This document shows, piece after piece, positions 1 through 9,254 of a DNA stretch of 50,759 nt. The stretch's first letter is position 1. Every line of letters starts with the position of its first letter. The notes under the pieces were generated by a model, which was not told the origin of the DNA, searched no databases, and worked only from the letters and a program-made list of their open reading frames with translations. The stretch covers positions 1 through 50,759 of the forward strand of contig CALDVP010000066.1 in NCBI GenBank assembly GCA_937924195.1. The letters are read 5' to 3'. The position numbers were made by a program, and so were the translations under genes. The stretch comes from an uncultured Lysobacterales bacterium. GTDB taxonomy: Bacteria; Pseudomonadota; Gammaproteobacteria; Xanthomonadales; Ahniellaceae.

Positions 1-111
1 CAACCCGACGCTGCGCCAGCCCCGCGCCGCCAGCAGCAGGCCGATGCGCGTGCCGACATCGCCGCAACCGGCGATCAGGCAGGTGCGTCGGTCGGCGGCC
101 TCAGGGTGCAT
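1..111 (-). CDS. NAD(P)-binding Rossmann-fold protein, N-terminal fragment running off the window
   Basis: Reverse-strand ATG at 109-111, then 37 codons to the window edge: MHPEAADRRTCLIAGCGDVGTRIGLLLAARGWRSVGL. Contains a GxGxxG dinucleotide-binding signature. Too short for a finer call. Confidence 0.4.
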   Translation of the reverse strand, partial: MHPEAADRRTCLIAGCGDVGTRIGLLLAARGWRSVGL

Positions 112-178
112 CGATCGACTGCCGGCTCGAATCCGCACCGACTCCGGGTGCCTCGTTCAGAGCCACGCGGCTGCCGGA

Positions 179-763
179 TCAACCGGCTGCCGCGGCGACC
201 GCGGCTGCCGAGCCGCCGCCGCCCCCGTTGCCGTCCCCGCCACTGGGCGTCGCCGGGCGCGGAAGCCAGCGCAGCCAGATCAGCCACACGACCAGGGCAT
301 CGAGGATGATCAGGGCCTGCCACAGATAGTGATGGAACCAGTCGAACCAGGGCGTCACGCATGGCTGGCCCACGACGCACTGCGCCGTTTCCCACTCGCC
401 CATGTAGAACAGGCTGATGATCCGGATCAGGTTCAGGGCCTGGATGGCAAGGAAGCCGACCACGAAGCCGACCACGCGATGCTTCCACGGCGCCGGGAAT
501 GCGAACAGCGCCGCGAACAGGATGATCACCGCCTCGAGGCCATTGCAGCCACGTTCGATCGAGACCGCGAAACCGGTGTGGGTGCTCTGGATGACCTTGC
601 CGAAGGTGACCGCGTCATTGTCGAACAGGTCGATGATCCAGGTGCTGACATGGGCGACGCCGGCGGTGAAAGGGTCGACGACCCACAACTCCACCGGCCG
701 CAGCAGGTAGAAGAAAAACAGCACCAGCACGATCAGCGGGAACTTGATGGCGAAGCCAAGCAT
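179..763 (-). CDS. exosortase/archaeosortase-family membrane protein (short form, about 194 aa)
   Basis: ORF 179..1138(-) trimmed to the ATG at 761-763 (MLGFAIKFPLIVLVLFFF...). Polytopic and hydrophobic. Three motifs match the family catalytic residues: SIERGCNGLEAV (Cys), ALNLIRIISLF (Arg), WFHHYLW (His). Gly/Ala-rich C-terminal tail. Confidence 0.6.
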   Translation of the reverse strand: MLGFAIKFPLIVLVLFFFYLLRPVELWVVDPFTAGVAHVSTWIIDLFDNDAVTFGKVIQSTHTGFAVSIERGCNGLEAVIILFAALFAFPAPWKHRVVGFVVGFLAIQALNLIRIISLFYMGEWETAQCVVGQPCVTPWFDWFHHYLWQALIILDALVVWLIWLRWLPRPATPSGGDGNGGGGGSAAAVAAAAG

Positions 764-814
764 CGACGACGGTTTGGAGCGACCTCTAGGAGTCCGGATG
801 CTAGCATTCTGCAC

Positions 815-1393
815 GTGAGTTCCGAGGTCGCCGAACCCGCGCCGCGCAACGTGTTCCTGGTCGGACCGACCGGCGCCGGCAAGACCTCCGTCGGTCGCCT
901 GCTGGCGCGCGAACTGGCGCTTTCGTTCGTCGATCTCGACGAGGCGATCGCCACCCGGACCGGGGCCAGCGTCGCGTTGATCTTCGAGGTCGAGGGCGAA
1001 TCCGGTTTCCGAGATCGCGAGTCGGCGATGCTGACCGAGATCGCGAGCCGCGATGGCCAGGTCATCGCCACCGGGGGTGGCGCCGTGCTGCGGCTCGAGA
1101 ACCGGCGCCGCATGCGCGAACGCGGCTTCGTCGTCCACCTCGATGTCGACGTCGACGAGCAGCTCGCGCGACTGGCGCGCGACACGACTCGACCGCTGCT
1201 CGCGGCTCCGGATCGCGAGGCTAGGCTGAAGGCTATGGCGGCGGAACGCACGCCCCTCTACGCCGACGCCGCCGATCTGCGAATGGTCACGCGGGGCTCG
1301 ACGCCGACCGCGACCGCGCGTCGGCTCGCCGACTTGTTGCGTCCGATGATTCGCGGCGAGTCATGCCCAACTCGCCCTTCCATCGGAGCCTGA
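815..1393 (+). CDS. aroK: shikimate kinase
   Basis: In-frame GTG at 815 inside ORF 44..1393. Walker A NVFLVGPTGAGKTSVGR about 11 aa from the start, followed by FVDLD and ATGGG shikimate-kinase motifs. The upstream part of the long ORF is Arg/Pro-rich junk that overlaps the exosortase gene. Confidence 0.85.
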   Translation: MSSEVAEPAPRNVFLVGPTGAGKTSVGRLLARELALSFVDLDEAIATRTGASVALIFEVEGESGFRDRESAMLTEIASRDGQVIATGGGAVLRLENRRRMRERGFVVHLDVDVDEQLARLARDTTRPLLAAPDREARLKAMAAERTPLYADAADLRMVTRGSTPTATARRLADLLRPMIRGESCPTRPSIGA

Positions 1394-1395
1394 GC

Positions 1396-2466
1396 GTGCC
1401 TCGCGAACTGGTCGTCGAACTCGGCAACCGACGCTATCCGATCCGGATCGGACGTGGGCTGCTGGCCGACCCGGGCTGGGCGGCCATGCTCGGCACCCGG
1501 CGGCGCGTGCTGCTGACCGACGCCACGGTCGATCGCTTGCACGGCGGGGTGGTGCGGGCGGCGCTGGGCATCGACGATGCCGCCGCCTTCATCGTCGGGC
1601 CCGGCGAGTCGGCGAAGTCGATCGAGACCGCATCCCAGGCATGGTCATGGCTCGCCGAGCAGCGCGTCGGTCGCGACGGCGTAGTCGTGGCGCTCGGTGG
1701 GGGCGTGGTCGGCGACCTGGCCGGCTTCGTCGCCGCGACGTGGATGCGCGGGATCGACTTCATCCAGTTGCCGACCACGCTGCTCGCCATGGTCGATTCG
1801 TCGGTCGGCGGCAAGACCGCGATCAATCTTCCGGCGGGCAAGAACCTGGTCGGCGCCTTCCACCAGCCGATCGCCGTCGAGGCCGACCTTGCGACGCTTG
1901 ACACGCTGCCATCCCGCGAGTTTGCAGCCGGGCTGGCCGAAACCCTCAAGTACGGGGCGATCGTCGACCCTCCCTTTTTCGAGTGGATCGAGGCCAGCAC
2001 CGGCGAGCTTCTCGCCCGCGACGAGACGGCTCTGGCGGCGGCGGTGCACGCCAGCTGCGCGCACAAGGCCGCCATCGTGGCCCGCGACGAGCGCGAGACC
2101 GGCGACCGCGCGTGGCTCAACTTCGGCCACACCTTCGGCCACGCGATCGAGGCGGCCGGCGGCTTCCGCGACCTGCTCCACGGCGAATCCGTCGCGATCG
2201 GGATGCTTCTCGCAGCGCGCCTCTCGGCTCGGCTCGGACTCGCGGCCGACGCCGACGCCGAGCGCCTCGGCCGCACACTGGAGGGACTCGGTCTCCCGAC
2301 CGCGGTGCCCACATCGATGGACCCGGACGACCTCCTCGCCCGGATGCGGCTCGACAAGAAATCGCTCGGCGGGCGGATGCGGCTGGTGCTGTGGCGCGGC
2401 ATCGGACGCGCCGAAGTGATCGACGGCGTGGCCGAGGCCGAGATCCTCGCCGTGCTGCGCGGCTAG
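1396..2466 (+). CDS. aroB: 3-dehydroquinate synthase
   Basis: ORF 1363..2466. Motifs LGGGVVGDLAGF, DSSVGGKT and HTFGHAIE. GTG at 1396 sits 7 nt after a GGAG and aligns with the E. coli AroB N-terminus (RELVVELGNRRYPIRIG). The alternative ATG at 1363 would overlap aroK by 31 nt. Confidence 0.9.
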   Translation: MPRELVVELGNRRYPIRIGRGLLADPGWAAMLGTRRRVLLTDATVDRLHGGVVRAALGIDDAAAFIVGPGESAKSIETASQAWSWLAEQRVGRDGVVVALGGGVVGDLAGFVAATWMRGIDFIQLPTTLLAMVDSSVGGKTAINLPAGKNLVGAFHQPIAVEADLATLDTLPSREFAAGLAETLKYGAIVDPPFFEWIEASTGELLARDETALAAAVHASCAHKAAIVARDERETGDRAWLNFGHTFGHAIEAAGGFRDLLHGESVAIGMLLAARLSARLGLAADADAERLGRTLEGLGLPTAVPTSMDPDDLLARMRLDKKSLGGRMRLVLWRGIGRAEVIDGVAEAEILAVLRG

Positions 2467-2492
2467 GACCAGGCGGCCGGTACAATCGGACG

Positions 2493-2855
2493 ATGCACGA
2501 ACTCGCGAAGTCCTTCATCTTCGAGGCGGCTCACACGCTCGAACGCGAAATCGAGGCCGAGTCGAGTCGACGGATCCACGGCCACAGCTACCGGGCAACG
2601 GTCGTGATCCGCGGCAAGCCCGATCCGTCCTCCGGGATGCTGCTCGATCTAGGTTTCTTCAGCGCAGAGCTGGCGCGCATCCACGGACTGCTCGACCATC
2701 GGATGCTCGACGACGTCGAGGGCCTTGGTCCCGCAACGCTCGAGAACCTGGCTCGTTATGTCCACGACCAGCTGGCGCCGCGTCTGCCGGGTCTCGCCCG
2801 GGTCACGGTCGGCCGTGACCTCACTGGCGACGCCTGCACCTACGCGCCGGATTGA
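2493..2855 (+). CDS. queD: 6-carboxy-5,6,7,8-tetrahydropterin synthase (PTPS/QueD family)
   Basis: ATG at 2493 within ORF 1983..2855. 120 aa: MHELAKSFIFEAAHTL...RIHGHSYRATV...LLDHRMLDD. Size and HGH motif are typical of QueD. Confidence 0.8.
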   Translation: MHELAKSFIFEAAHTLEREIEAESSRRIHGHSYRATVVIRGKPDPSSGMLLDLGFFSAELARIHGLLDHRMLDDVEGLGPATLENLARYVHDQLAPRLPGLARVTVGRDLTGDACTYAPD

Positions 2856-3751
2856 CCGCTCCCCGAGCCGGCGCCGGTTCCCAACGATCCGGGTCGGCCG
2901 TCGGCGCCCTGTCTTCGGTCCACGTCGTCGAGAAAGGCGGTGATCGCTGCGTTGACCGCATCGGGCGCCTCGAGCGTGCTGGTGTGGCCGGCGCCGGGGA
3001 TCACGACGAGGCGCGCGCCCGGGATCGCCTCGGCGATCGCGCGCGCCTTCGCCGGGGGCGTCGCGCGGTCATGCTCGCCGACCAGTACCAGCGTCGGCAC
3101 GCGCAGCGTCGGAAGCCGATCGGCCACGCCCTCGCGTCCGAGCACGCCGTCGACCGCGCGCAGGATGCCGACGCGGTCGTTTTCCAACAGTCGCCGGCGG
3201 TACTCATCGCGCTCGCGGGCCCGCGACGGGTCGGCCAGGAAGGCGGGACCGAAGAGGATCGGCATCAGGCGGCCGACGACGGCCGCGAGGCCAAACCACC
3301 CGGCAACCCATCTCAACAGGCGATATCGCGGCTGGTTGGCCGGGGGCTCGGCATCGGCCGAGGTGTCGATCAAGACCAGACTGCGGACGAGATCCGGCCG
3401 CGTCAGCGCGACGCGCATCGCGACGAACCCACCCATCGACAGACCGACGAAATGGACGGGGCCCGCATCGAGTCGCTCGAGCAAGGCAATGGCGTCGGCG
3501 GCCAGCGTGTCCATGTCGTAGCCGGCCTCGGTGACCTCGCTACGCCCCTGTCCGCGGTGATCCCACGCGATGCAGCGCCGTGCCGGCGACAGCATCGCAA
3601 CCTGCGGCGCGAACAGTCGCGTGTCCCAAAACAGACCATGGGAGAAGGCCACCGGCGGGCCTGGACCTCCGCCGTCCTCGACGTGAAGCTGCACGCCCGG
3701 CAGTGTCACCCTGCCGCCGGCCCGCGATCCGGGGTCATCCGCTGCGGACAT
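2840..3751 (-). CDS. alpha/beta-fold hydrolase
   Basis: 303-aa ORF. HG oxyanion motif (FSHGLFWD), nucleophile elbow GLSMGG and a C-terminal GAGH histidine motif. Low-complexity Gly/Ser tail. The 3' end overlaps the queD 3' end by 16 nt (convergent). Confidence 0.8.
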   Translation of the reverse strand: MSAADDPGSRAGGRVTLPGVQLHVEDGGGPGPPVAFSHGLFWDTRLFAPQVAMLSPARRCIAWDHRGQGRSEVTEAGYDMDTLAADAIALLERLDAGPVHFVGLSMGGFVAMRVALTRPDLVRSLVLIDTSADAEPPANQPRYRLLRWVAGWFGLAAVVGRLMPILFGPAFLADPSRARERDEYRRRLLENDRVGILRAVDGVLGREGVADRLPTLRVPTLVLVGEHDRATPPAKARAIAEAIPGARLVVIPGAGHTSTLEAPDAVNAAITAFLDDVDRRQGADGRPGSLGTGAGSGSGQSGA

Positions 3752-4190
3752 GGAGCGCCCAGCCCATCAACCCGTGCAGCGTCACGACGCCGACGCTCAG
3801 CATGATCCGCAGGCGCCGATACCAGTCCGGCCACAGCGGCGTCGAGCGCCGGCCTGCGTCGGCGGCTCCGACGACGGCGAAGGTGACGCCGAATACGAGC
3901 AGCGCCGGCCCCGGATCCAACAGCAGCGCACCGAAAGCGATCAGGCTCGGGGCCACGGCCAGCAGCAGTGCCCGCCAGGTCGGGCTGGCCAGGGCCGCGC
4001 CCCAGCGCACGCCGCCGAGGAAGGCAAGGATGGTCGCCGCGTAGTAGAGGAAGATCCGCTCGCCCGCGAGGTGCTGGGCCGGCGTCGAGCCAAACATCAC
4101 CGCGAAAAGCCCGGCAACGAACGGGACGAGGCCAGCAAGGCCAAGCCACTGCGCCGACGGCGGGATGGGTTCGGCAGAAACGACAGTCAC
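3735..4190 (-). CDS. DUF3429-like small polytopic membrane protein
   Basis: ORF 3735..4262(-). Four hydrophobic spans (WLGLAGLVPFVAGLF, IFLYYAATILAFLGGVRWG, ...). GTG at 4190 has a GGGAG 10 nt upstream and gives about 151 aa. An alternative GTG at 4262 abuts the GT2 stop codon. Confidence 0.55.
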   Translation of the reverse strand: MTVVSAEPIPPSAQWLGLAGLVPFVAGLFAVMFGSTPAQHLAGERIFLYYAATILAFLGGVRWGAALASPTWRALLLAVAPSLIAFGALLLDPGPALLVFGVTFAVVGAADAGRRSTPLWPDWYRRLRIMLSVGVVTLHGLMGWALHVRSG

Positions 4191-4262
4191 AGCTCGAGGG
4201 CTCCCGGAGGGATGGATTGCGGCTACGGCCCGCTGCGCCGGGGTCCCGACGCGCCGATGCAC

Positions 4263-5120
4263 TCACCCATCGCGGCGATAGGTCAGTTGCGTGATCTGTT
4301 CCGAGACGAGGCCGATCATAAAGGTCAGCACGCCGGCCGAGATCAGCAGCGCGCTCATGTTCGTGAAGCGCCCCTCGGTCGTGAAGGTGTACACGTAGTT
4401 GCCGATGCCGAGCAAGGTGAACAACGCCGCGACCGGCACGAACAGCTTGAGCGGCGAGTAAAGGCTCGCGATCCGGAAGATGATCAGCAGGAAGCGCAGC
4501 CCGTCGCGGATCGGCCGGATGTGGCTCTTGCCCTCGCGCTTCGCGACCGCGATCGGGACATAGCCCACGGGGTAGCCCGAGCGGATGAAGGCGATGGTGC
4601 TGGTCGACGGGTACGAGAACCCGTTTGGAAGGAGCGACAGGAACTCCCGGAACTTCGCTGCCCGCGCGACGCGGAAGCCGGAAGTCAGGTCCTCGATCCG
4701 GTAACCGGTCATCCAGCTCGCAAAGCGGTTGTAGAAGCCGTTCGCGAGCGCCCGGCCGACATTCGCCTGGCCGAGACGGTCGCGCGCACCGACGACCATG
4801 TCGTATCCCTCGTCGAGCGCGGAAAGCAGGCGCGGGATCTCGGCTGGGTCATGCTGTCCATCGGCATCCATGAACACGAGCACATCGCCGGTCGCGACCC
4901 GCGCGCCGGCCTTGATCGCGGCGCCGTTCCCAAGTCCGCGCGGTCGCCGTTCGAGGCGTGCTCCCGCGGCGGCGGCCACCGCCGCGGTGTCGTCGGTCGA
5001 ACCATCGTCGACCACGAGGATCTCGGCCGAGGGCAGCACGGCGCGCACGCCTTCGACCACCCGGCCGACCGAGGCCGCCTCGTTTCGGGCCGGGATGACC
5101 ACGCTGATTCCTCGTTCCAC
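4263..5120 (-). CDS. family-2 glycosyltransferase, GtrB/polyprenyl-phosphate sugar synthase-like
   Basis: C-terminal 285 aa of ORF 4263..5927(-). GTG at 5120 is preceded by GGAGGA. Motifs VVIPARNE, VVDDGSTDDT and FMDADGQHDP (DxD). Two C-terminal TM helices, as in GtrB/DPM1-like enzymes. Confidence 0.8.
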   Translation of the reverse strand: MERGISVVIPARNEAASVGRVVEGVRAVLPSAEILVVDDGSTDDTAAVAAAAGARLERRPRGLGNGAAIKAGARVATGDVLVFMDADGQHDPAEIPRLLSALDEGYDMVVGARDRLGQANVGRALANGFYNRFASWMTGYRIEDLTSGFRVARAAKFREFLSLLPNGFSYPSTSTIAFIRSGYPVGYVPIAVAKREGKSHIRPIRDGLRFLLIIFRIASLYSPLKLFVPVAALFTLLGIGNYVYTFTTEGRFTNMSALLISAGVLTFMIGLVSEQITQLTYRRDG

Positions 5121-5282
5121 TGATCCTCCGCTGGCGTCGGGACCGACGCGGCCATTCCGTGACACCGCGCACGCTCGGCCGGGGGCCGTCCAAGGCTCGG
5201 CTGCGGCCAAGAAAATCCTCGCCGATTCCGCATTTTGCGTTACATTCCTCGGGGCCGCTAGCGAAAGGAAAAGAGCGTCCGC

Positions 5283-7016
5283 ATGGCCACCCAGATGAGC
5301 CAGACTTCGAGCGCCGCCGGGCTGACCGGTATCCTGCGCCGGCTCGTGCTCGAAGGCAAACTCGCCGAGGCCGACGCCCGCAAGGCACTCGAGAGCACAA
5401 GCCGGCAGAGGCTGCCGCTGGTCACCTGGCTGGTCCAGCAGGCCATGGTCGACTCCTCGACGGCCGCTATGGCGGCCAGCGTCGAGTTCGGCATCCCGAT
5501 CCTCGACGTGCGCGCACTCGACCTCGCGGCCGCCCCGGTCAAGCTGGTCGACGAGAAGCTGATCCGTGCCCACCGCGCGCTGCCACTCTTCAAGCGGGGC
5601 AATCGCCTCCACGTCGGCATCTCCGACCCGACCAACCTGCGCGCGCTCGACGAGATCAAGTTCCACACCAACCTGCTGGTCGAGCCGATCCTGGTCCCGG
5701 ACGACCACCTGGAGCGCGCGATCGAGCAGGCGCTCGCCGGCGCCGAGGCGCTGTCGGCGGCGATAGGCGAGACCGACGAACTCGAGAACCTCGATCTGGA
5801 ATCGAGCAGCGGCGAGGACGACGAGTCGGCGGTCGATGCCTCGGCGGGTAGCGACGACGCGCCGATCGTCAAGTTCGTCAACAAGGTACTGATCGACGCG
5901 ATCAAACGCGGGGCTTCGGACATCCACTTCGAGCCATACGAGACGCAGTATCGCGTGAGGCTGCGACTGGACGGCATCCTGCGTCCGGTGGCCTCGCCGC
6001 CGGTCAAGTTGAGCACGCGCATCGCGTCACGGCTGAAGGTGATGTCGGGACTCGATATTGCCGAGAAGCGGGTTCCCCAGGACGGCCGTATCAAGCTGGC
6101 GCTGTCGAAGACCAAAACCATGGACTTCCGCGTGAGCACCTGCCCGACACTCTTTGGCGAGAAGATCGTCTTGCGCGTGCTCGACGCGTCTGCCGCGAAG
6201 CTGGGCATCGACAAGTTGGGCTATGAACCCGAGCAGCAGGAACTCTTTCTAGAAGCGATCAAGAAACCCTACGGGATGGTGCTGGTGACCGGCCCCACCG
6301 GTTCAGGCAAGACGGTCTCGCTCTACACCGCCCTCAACATCCTGAATACGGATGGCGTGAACATCTCGACCGTCGAGGACCCCGTCGAGATCCGCGTGCC
6401 TGGCATCAACCAGGTGCAGATGAACGTCAAACGCGGCATGACCTTCGCTGCGGCGTTGCGTTCGTTCCTGCGCCAGGACCCGGACGTGATCATGGTCGGC
6501 GAAATCCGCGACCTCGAGACCGCCGAGATCGCGGTCAAAGCCGCGCAGACCGGCCACATGGTGCTCTCGACCCTGCATACCAACGATGCGCCGCAGACCA
6601 TTGCGCGACTGATGAACATGGGCATCGCGCCCTACAACATCATCTCGTCGGTGACCCTGGTCGTCGCCCAGCGACTGGCGCGCCGGTTGCACGATTGCAA
6701 GCGGCCGCTGAAACTGCCCCGGCAGGCGCTGCTCGCGGAAGGATTCACCGAGGCCGACATCGAACAGGGCATTGAACTTTATGAGGCCGTCGGATGCTCG
6801 GGTTGCAATGACGGTTACAAAGGCCGAGTGGGCATCTATCAGGTGATGCCGATGACCGAGGAAATCCAGCGGATCGTGCTGGAGGGCGGCAACGCGATGC
6901 AGATCGCGGCCGCGGCCCAGCGCAGCGGCATCGACGACCTGCGGCGTTCGGCCCTGCGAAAGGCATGCGCTGGGTTGACCAGCCTGGCCGAGATCAATCG
7001 TGTGACCAAAGACTGA
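5283..7016 (+). CDS. pilB: type IV pilus assembly ATPase
   Basis: 577 aa. N-terminal GspE_N-type domain, Walker A GPTGSGKT, Asp/His boxes and a tetracysteine motif (CSGCNDGYKGR). Confidence 0.95.
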   Translation: MATQMSQTSSAAGLTGILRRLVLEGKLAEADARKALESTSRQRLPLVTWLVQQAMVDSSTAAMAASVEFGIPILDVRALDLAAAPVKLVDEKLIRAHRALPLFKRGNRLHVGISDPTNLRALDEIKFHTNLLVEPILVPDDHLERAIEQALAGAEALSAAIGETDELENLDLESSSGEDDESAVDASAGSDDAPIVKFVNKVLIDAIKRGASDIHFEPYETQYRVRLRLDGILRPVASPPVKLSTRIASRLKVMSGLDIAEKRVPQDGRIKLALSKTKTMDFRVSTCPTLFGEKIVLRVLDASAAKLGIDKLGYEPEQQELFLEAIKKPYGMVLVTGPTGSGKTVSLYTALNILNTDGVNISTVEDPVEIRVPGINQVQMNVKRGMTFAAALRSFLRQDPDVIMVGEIRDLETAEIAVKAAQTGHMVLSTLHTNDAPQTIARLMNMGIAPYNIISSVTLVVAQRLARRLHDCKRPLKLPRQALLAEGFTEADIEQGIELYEAVGCSGCNDGYKGRVGIYQVMPMTEEIQRIVLEGGNAMQIAAAAQRSGIDDLRRSALRKACAGLTSLAEINRVTKD

Positions 7017-7084
7017 GTCATTCAGCGCTGCGGCACGGCATCACGCGCCGCTGGCCGCCGGCGGGAACGAGGAGGAGGTAGTAC

Positions 7085-8335
7085 ATGGCCACCGCGACCG
7101 CGAAGAAAGTCTCGACCGCGCGTCAGATCAATCCCTTGCAGACCTTCGTCTGGACCGGGAAAGACAAGCGCGGCGTCGTGATGAGAGGCGAGGTCCAGGG
7201 CAAGAACATCAACCTGGTCAAGGCCGACTTGCGCCGCCAGGGCATCGTCCCGACCAAGGTTGGCACCAAGCCCAAGCCGCTCTTCGGTCAGGCTGGGTCG
7301 ACGATCAGCGCGCGCGAGATCGCGATCTTCAGCCGCCAGATCGCGACGATGATGAAAGCGGGTGTGCCGATGGTGCAGTCGCTCGAGATCATCGCTTCGG
7401 GGCAGAAGAATCCCCGGATGCAGAAGATGTTGAGCGATCTCAAGAGCGAGATCGAGGGTGGCTCGAGTCTCTACGAGGCGATGGGCAAGTTCCCGGTGCA
7501 GTTCGACCTGCTCTACCGGAATCTGGTCAAAGCCGGTGAATCCGCGGGCGTGCTCGATACCGTGCTCGACACGGTGGCGACCTACAAGGAGCGGATGGAG
7601 ATCCTGAAGGGCAAGATCAAGAAGGCCCTCTTCTATCCCGCGACGGTCATCGCGGTCGCGATCATCGTGAGCGCGATCCTGCTCGTGTTCGTAGTCCCCC
7701 AGTTCGAGGCGGTATTCAAGTCCTTCGGCGCCGACTTGCCGGCGTTTACGCAGATGATCGTCACGGCCTCGCGCTTCATGGTCGCGTGGTGGTGGGCCAT
7801 CCTGCTCGCAACGGCTGCAGCGCTTGGCTCCTTCATCTTCATGTACAAGCGCACGCCGGCCTTGGTTGAATGGCTGGACAGACTGATGTTGAAGCTACCG
7901 GTCATCGGTCAGGTCCTGCACAACTCGGCGGTTGCGCGCTTTGCCAGGACGCTGGCGTTGACCTTCAAGGCCGGCGTGCCTTTGGTCGAGGCACTCGAGA
8001 CCGTCGGCCCCGCCACCGGAAGCGTCGTTTATGAGAAAGCGACACGCCGAATCCGCGACGACGTCTCGGTTGGTTATCCGCTCAACATCGCGATGCGGCA
8101 GGTCAATCTGTTTCCGCCGATGGTGGTCCAGATGACCGCGATCGGCGAGGAGGCCGGCGCGCTCGACACGATGCTGTTCAAGATCGCCGACTTCTACGAG
8201 CAGGAGGTCGACAACACCGTCGACGCCCTGACCAGTCTGCTCGAGCCCTTCATCATCGTCTTCATCGGCGTCGTCGTCGGCGGCATGGTGGTCGCGATGT
8301 ACCTGCCGATCTTCAAGCTCGCGGCGACGATGTGA
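7085..8335 (+). CDS. pilC: type IV pilus inner-membrane platform protein
   Basis: 416 aa with two GspF-type repeats and three TM segments. Sits directly between pilB and pilD. Confidence 0.95.
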   Translation: MATATAKKVSTARQINPLQTFVWTGKDKRGVVMRGEVQGKNINLVKADLRRQGIVPTKVGTKPKPLFGQAGSTISAREIAIFSRQIATMMKAGVPMVQSLEIIASGQKNPRMQKMLSDLKSEIEGGSSLYEAMGKFPVQFDLLYRNLVKAGESAGVLDTVLDTVATYKERMEILKGKIKKALFYPATVIAVAIIVSAILLVFVVPQFEAVFKSFGADLPAFTQMIVTASRFMVAWWWAILLATAAALGSFIFMYKRTPALVEWLDRLMLKLPVIGQVLHNSAVARFARTLALTFKAGVPLVEALETVGPATGSVVYEKATRRIRDDVSVGYPLNIAMRQVNLFPPMVVQMTAIGEEAGALDTMLFKIADFYEQEVDNTVDALTSLLEPFIIVFIGVVVGGMVVAMYLPIFKLAATM

Positions 8336-8378
8336 GCCTGGTGGCGCGCGGTAGACGAGGCAGGGAACCCCGAGTCCG

Positions 8379-9254
8379 ATGACTTTCGAGGATCTCGGCC
8401 CCGCGATCAGCCTCGTTGCTGCCTCCCTGCTGGGCCTGCTGGTCGGCAGTTTCCTCAATGTCGTGATCCTGCGGCTGCCGCCGAGACTCATGCACGGCTG
8501 GCGCTCCGAGGCGCGGGAGGTGCTCGGGATTGCCGAATCGACGACGGTCGAACCCGTGCCGCCAGGCCTCGTGCGACGGCGCTCGCATTGCCCCGCATGT
8601 GGCCACGAGCTCGCGTGGTGGGAAAACATTCCGCTCCTGAGTTACGCGATGCTGCGCGGCCGCTGCCGGGCCTGCGGCTCGCGGATCTCGGCGCAGTACC
8701 CTGCGGTCGAGGCGCTGACCGGCCTGCTGTCGGCGCTGGTGGTGGCGCGTTTTGGCGTCTCGGTCGAGGCCGGCTTCGCGCTCGTGTTCACGTGGATGCT
8801 CATCGCCGCCTCGGGGATCGACCTCCGAACCACGCTGTTGCCAGACCAGTTGACGCTGCCGCTACTGTGGATCGGCCTCCTTGGCGCCGCGACACTCGCG
8901 CCCTTCGTCGGCCCGGTCGACGCGATCCTCGGCGCGGCGGTCGGTTACCTCTCGCTCTGGACGGTCTACTGGGGCTTCAAACTGCTGACCGGCAAGGAAG
9001 GCATGGGCTACGGCGACTTCAAGCTGCTCGCCGCGCTCGGCGCCTTCTGTGGCTGGCAGGGGCTGCTCCCGATCGTGCTGTTTTCGGCGCTGATCGGCGC
9101 GGTCGTCGGCAGTCTCTGGCTGGCACTGAAGGGCCGGGATCACGCGACGCCGATCCCTTTTGGCCCGTACCTCGCAGGCGCGGGCTGGGTGCAGCTGATG
9201 TACGGCGAAGCCATCGTCGGCGCCTATCTGCGGCTGGCGGGCCTTGCCGACTGA
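8379..9254 (+). CDS. pilD: prepilin leader peptidase / N-methyltransferase (A24 family)
   Basis: 291 aa. Cys pairs CPACGH...CRACG, aspartyl-protease motifs (GIDLRT, GMGYGDFKL). Polytopic. Confidence 0.95.
   Translation: MTFEDLGPAISLVAASLLGLLVGSFLNVVILRLPPRLMHGWRSEAREVLGIAESTTVEPVPPGLVRRRSHCPACGHELAWWENIPLLSYAMLRGRCRACGSRISAQYPAVEALTGLLSALVVARFGVSVEAGFALVFTWMLIAASGIDLRTTLLPDQLTLPLLWIGLLGAATLAPFVGPVDAILGAAVGYLSLWTVYWGFKLLTGKEGMGYGDFKLLAALGAFCGWQGLLPIVLFSALIGAVVGSLWLALKGRDHATPIPFGPYLAGAGWVQLMYGEAIVGAYLRLAGLAD

Noticed and set aside
124-134. GGCTCGAATCC, resembling a tRNA T-arm
   Set aside because: The flanking sequence cannot form a T-stem, acceptor stem or anticodon arm. It lies in the short spacer between two minus-strand genes. 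No tRNA was found anywhere in the window.
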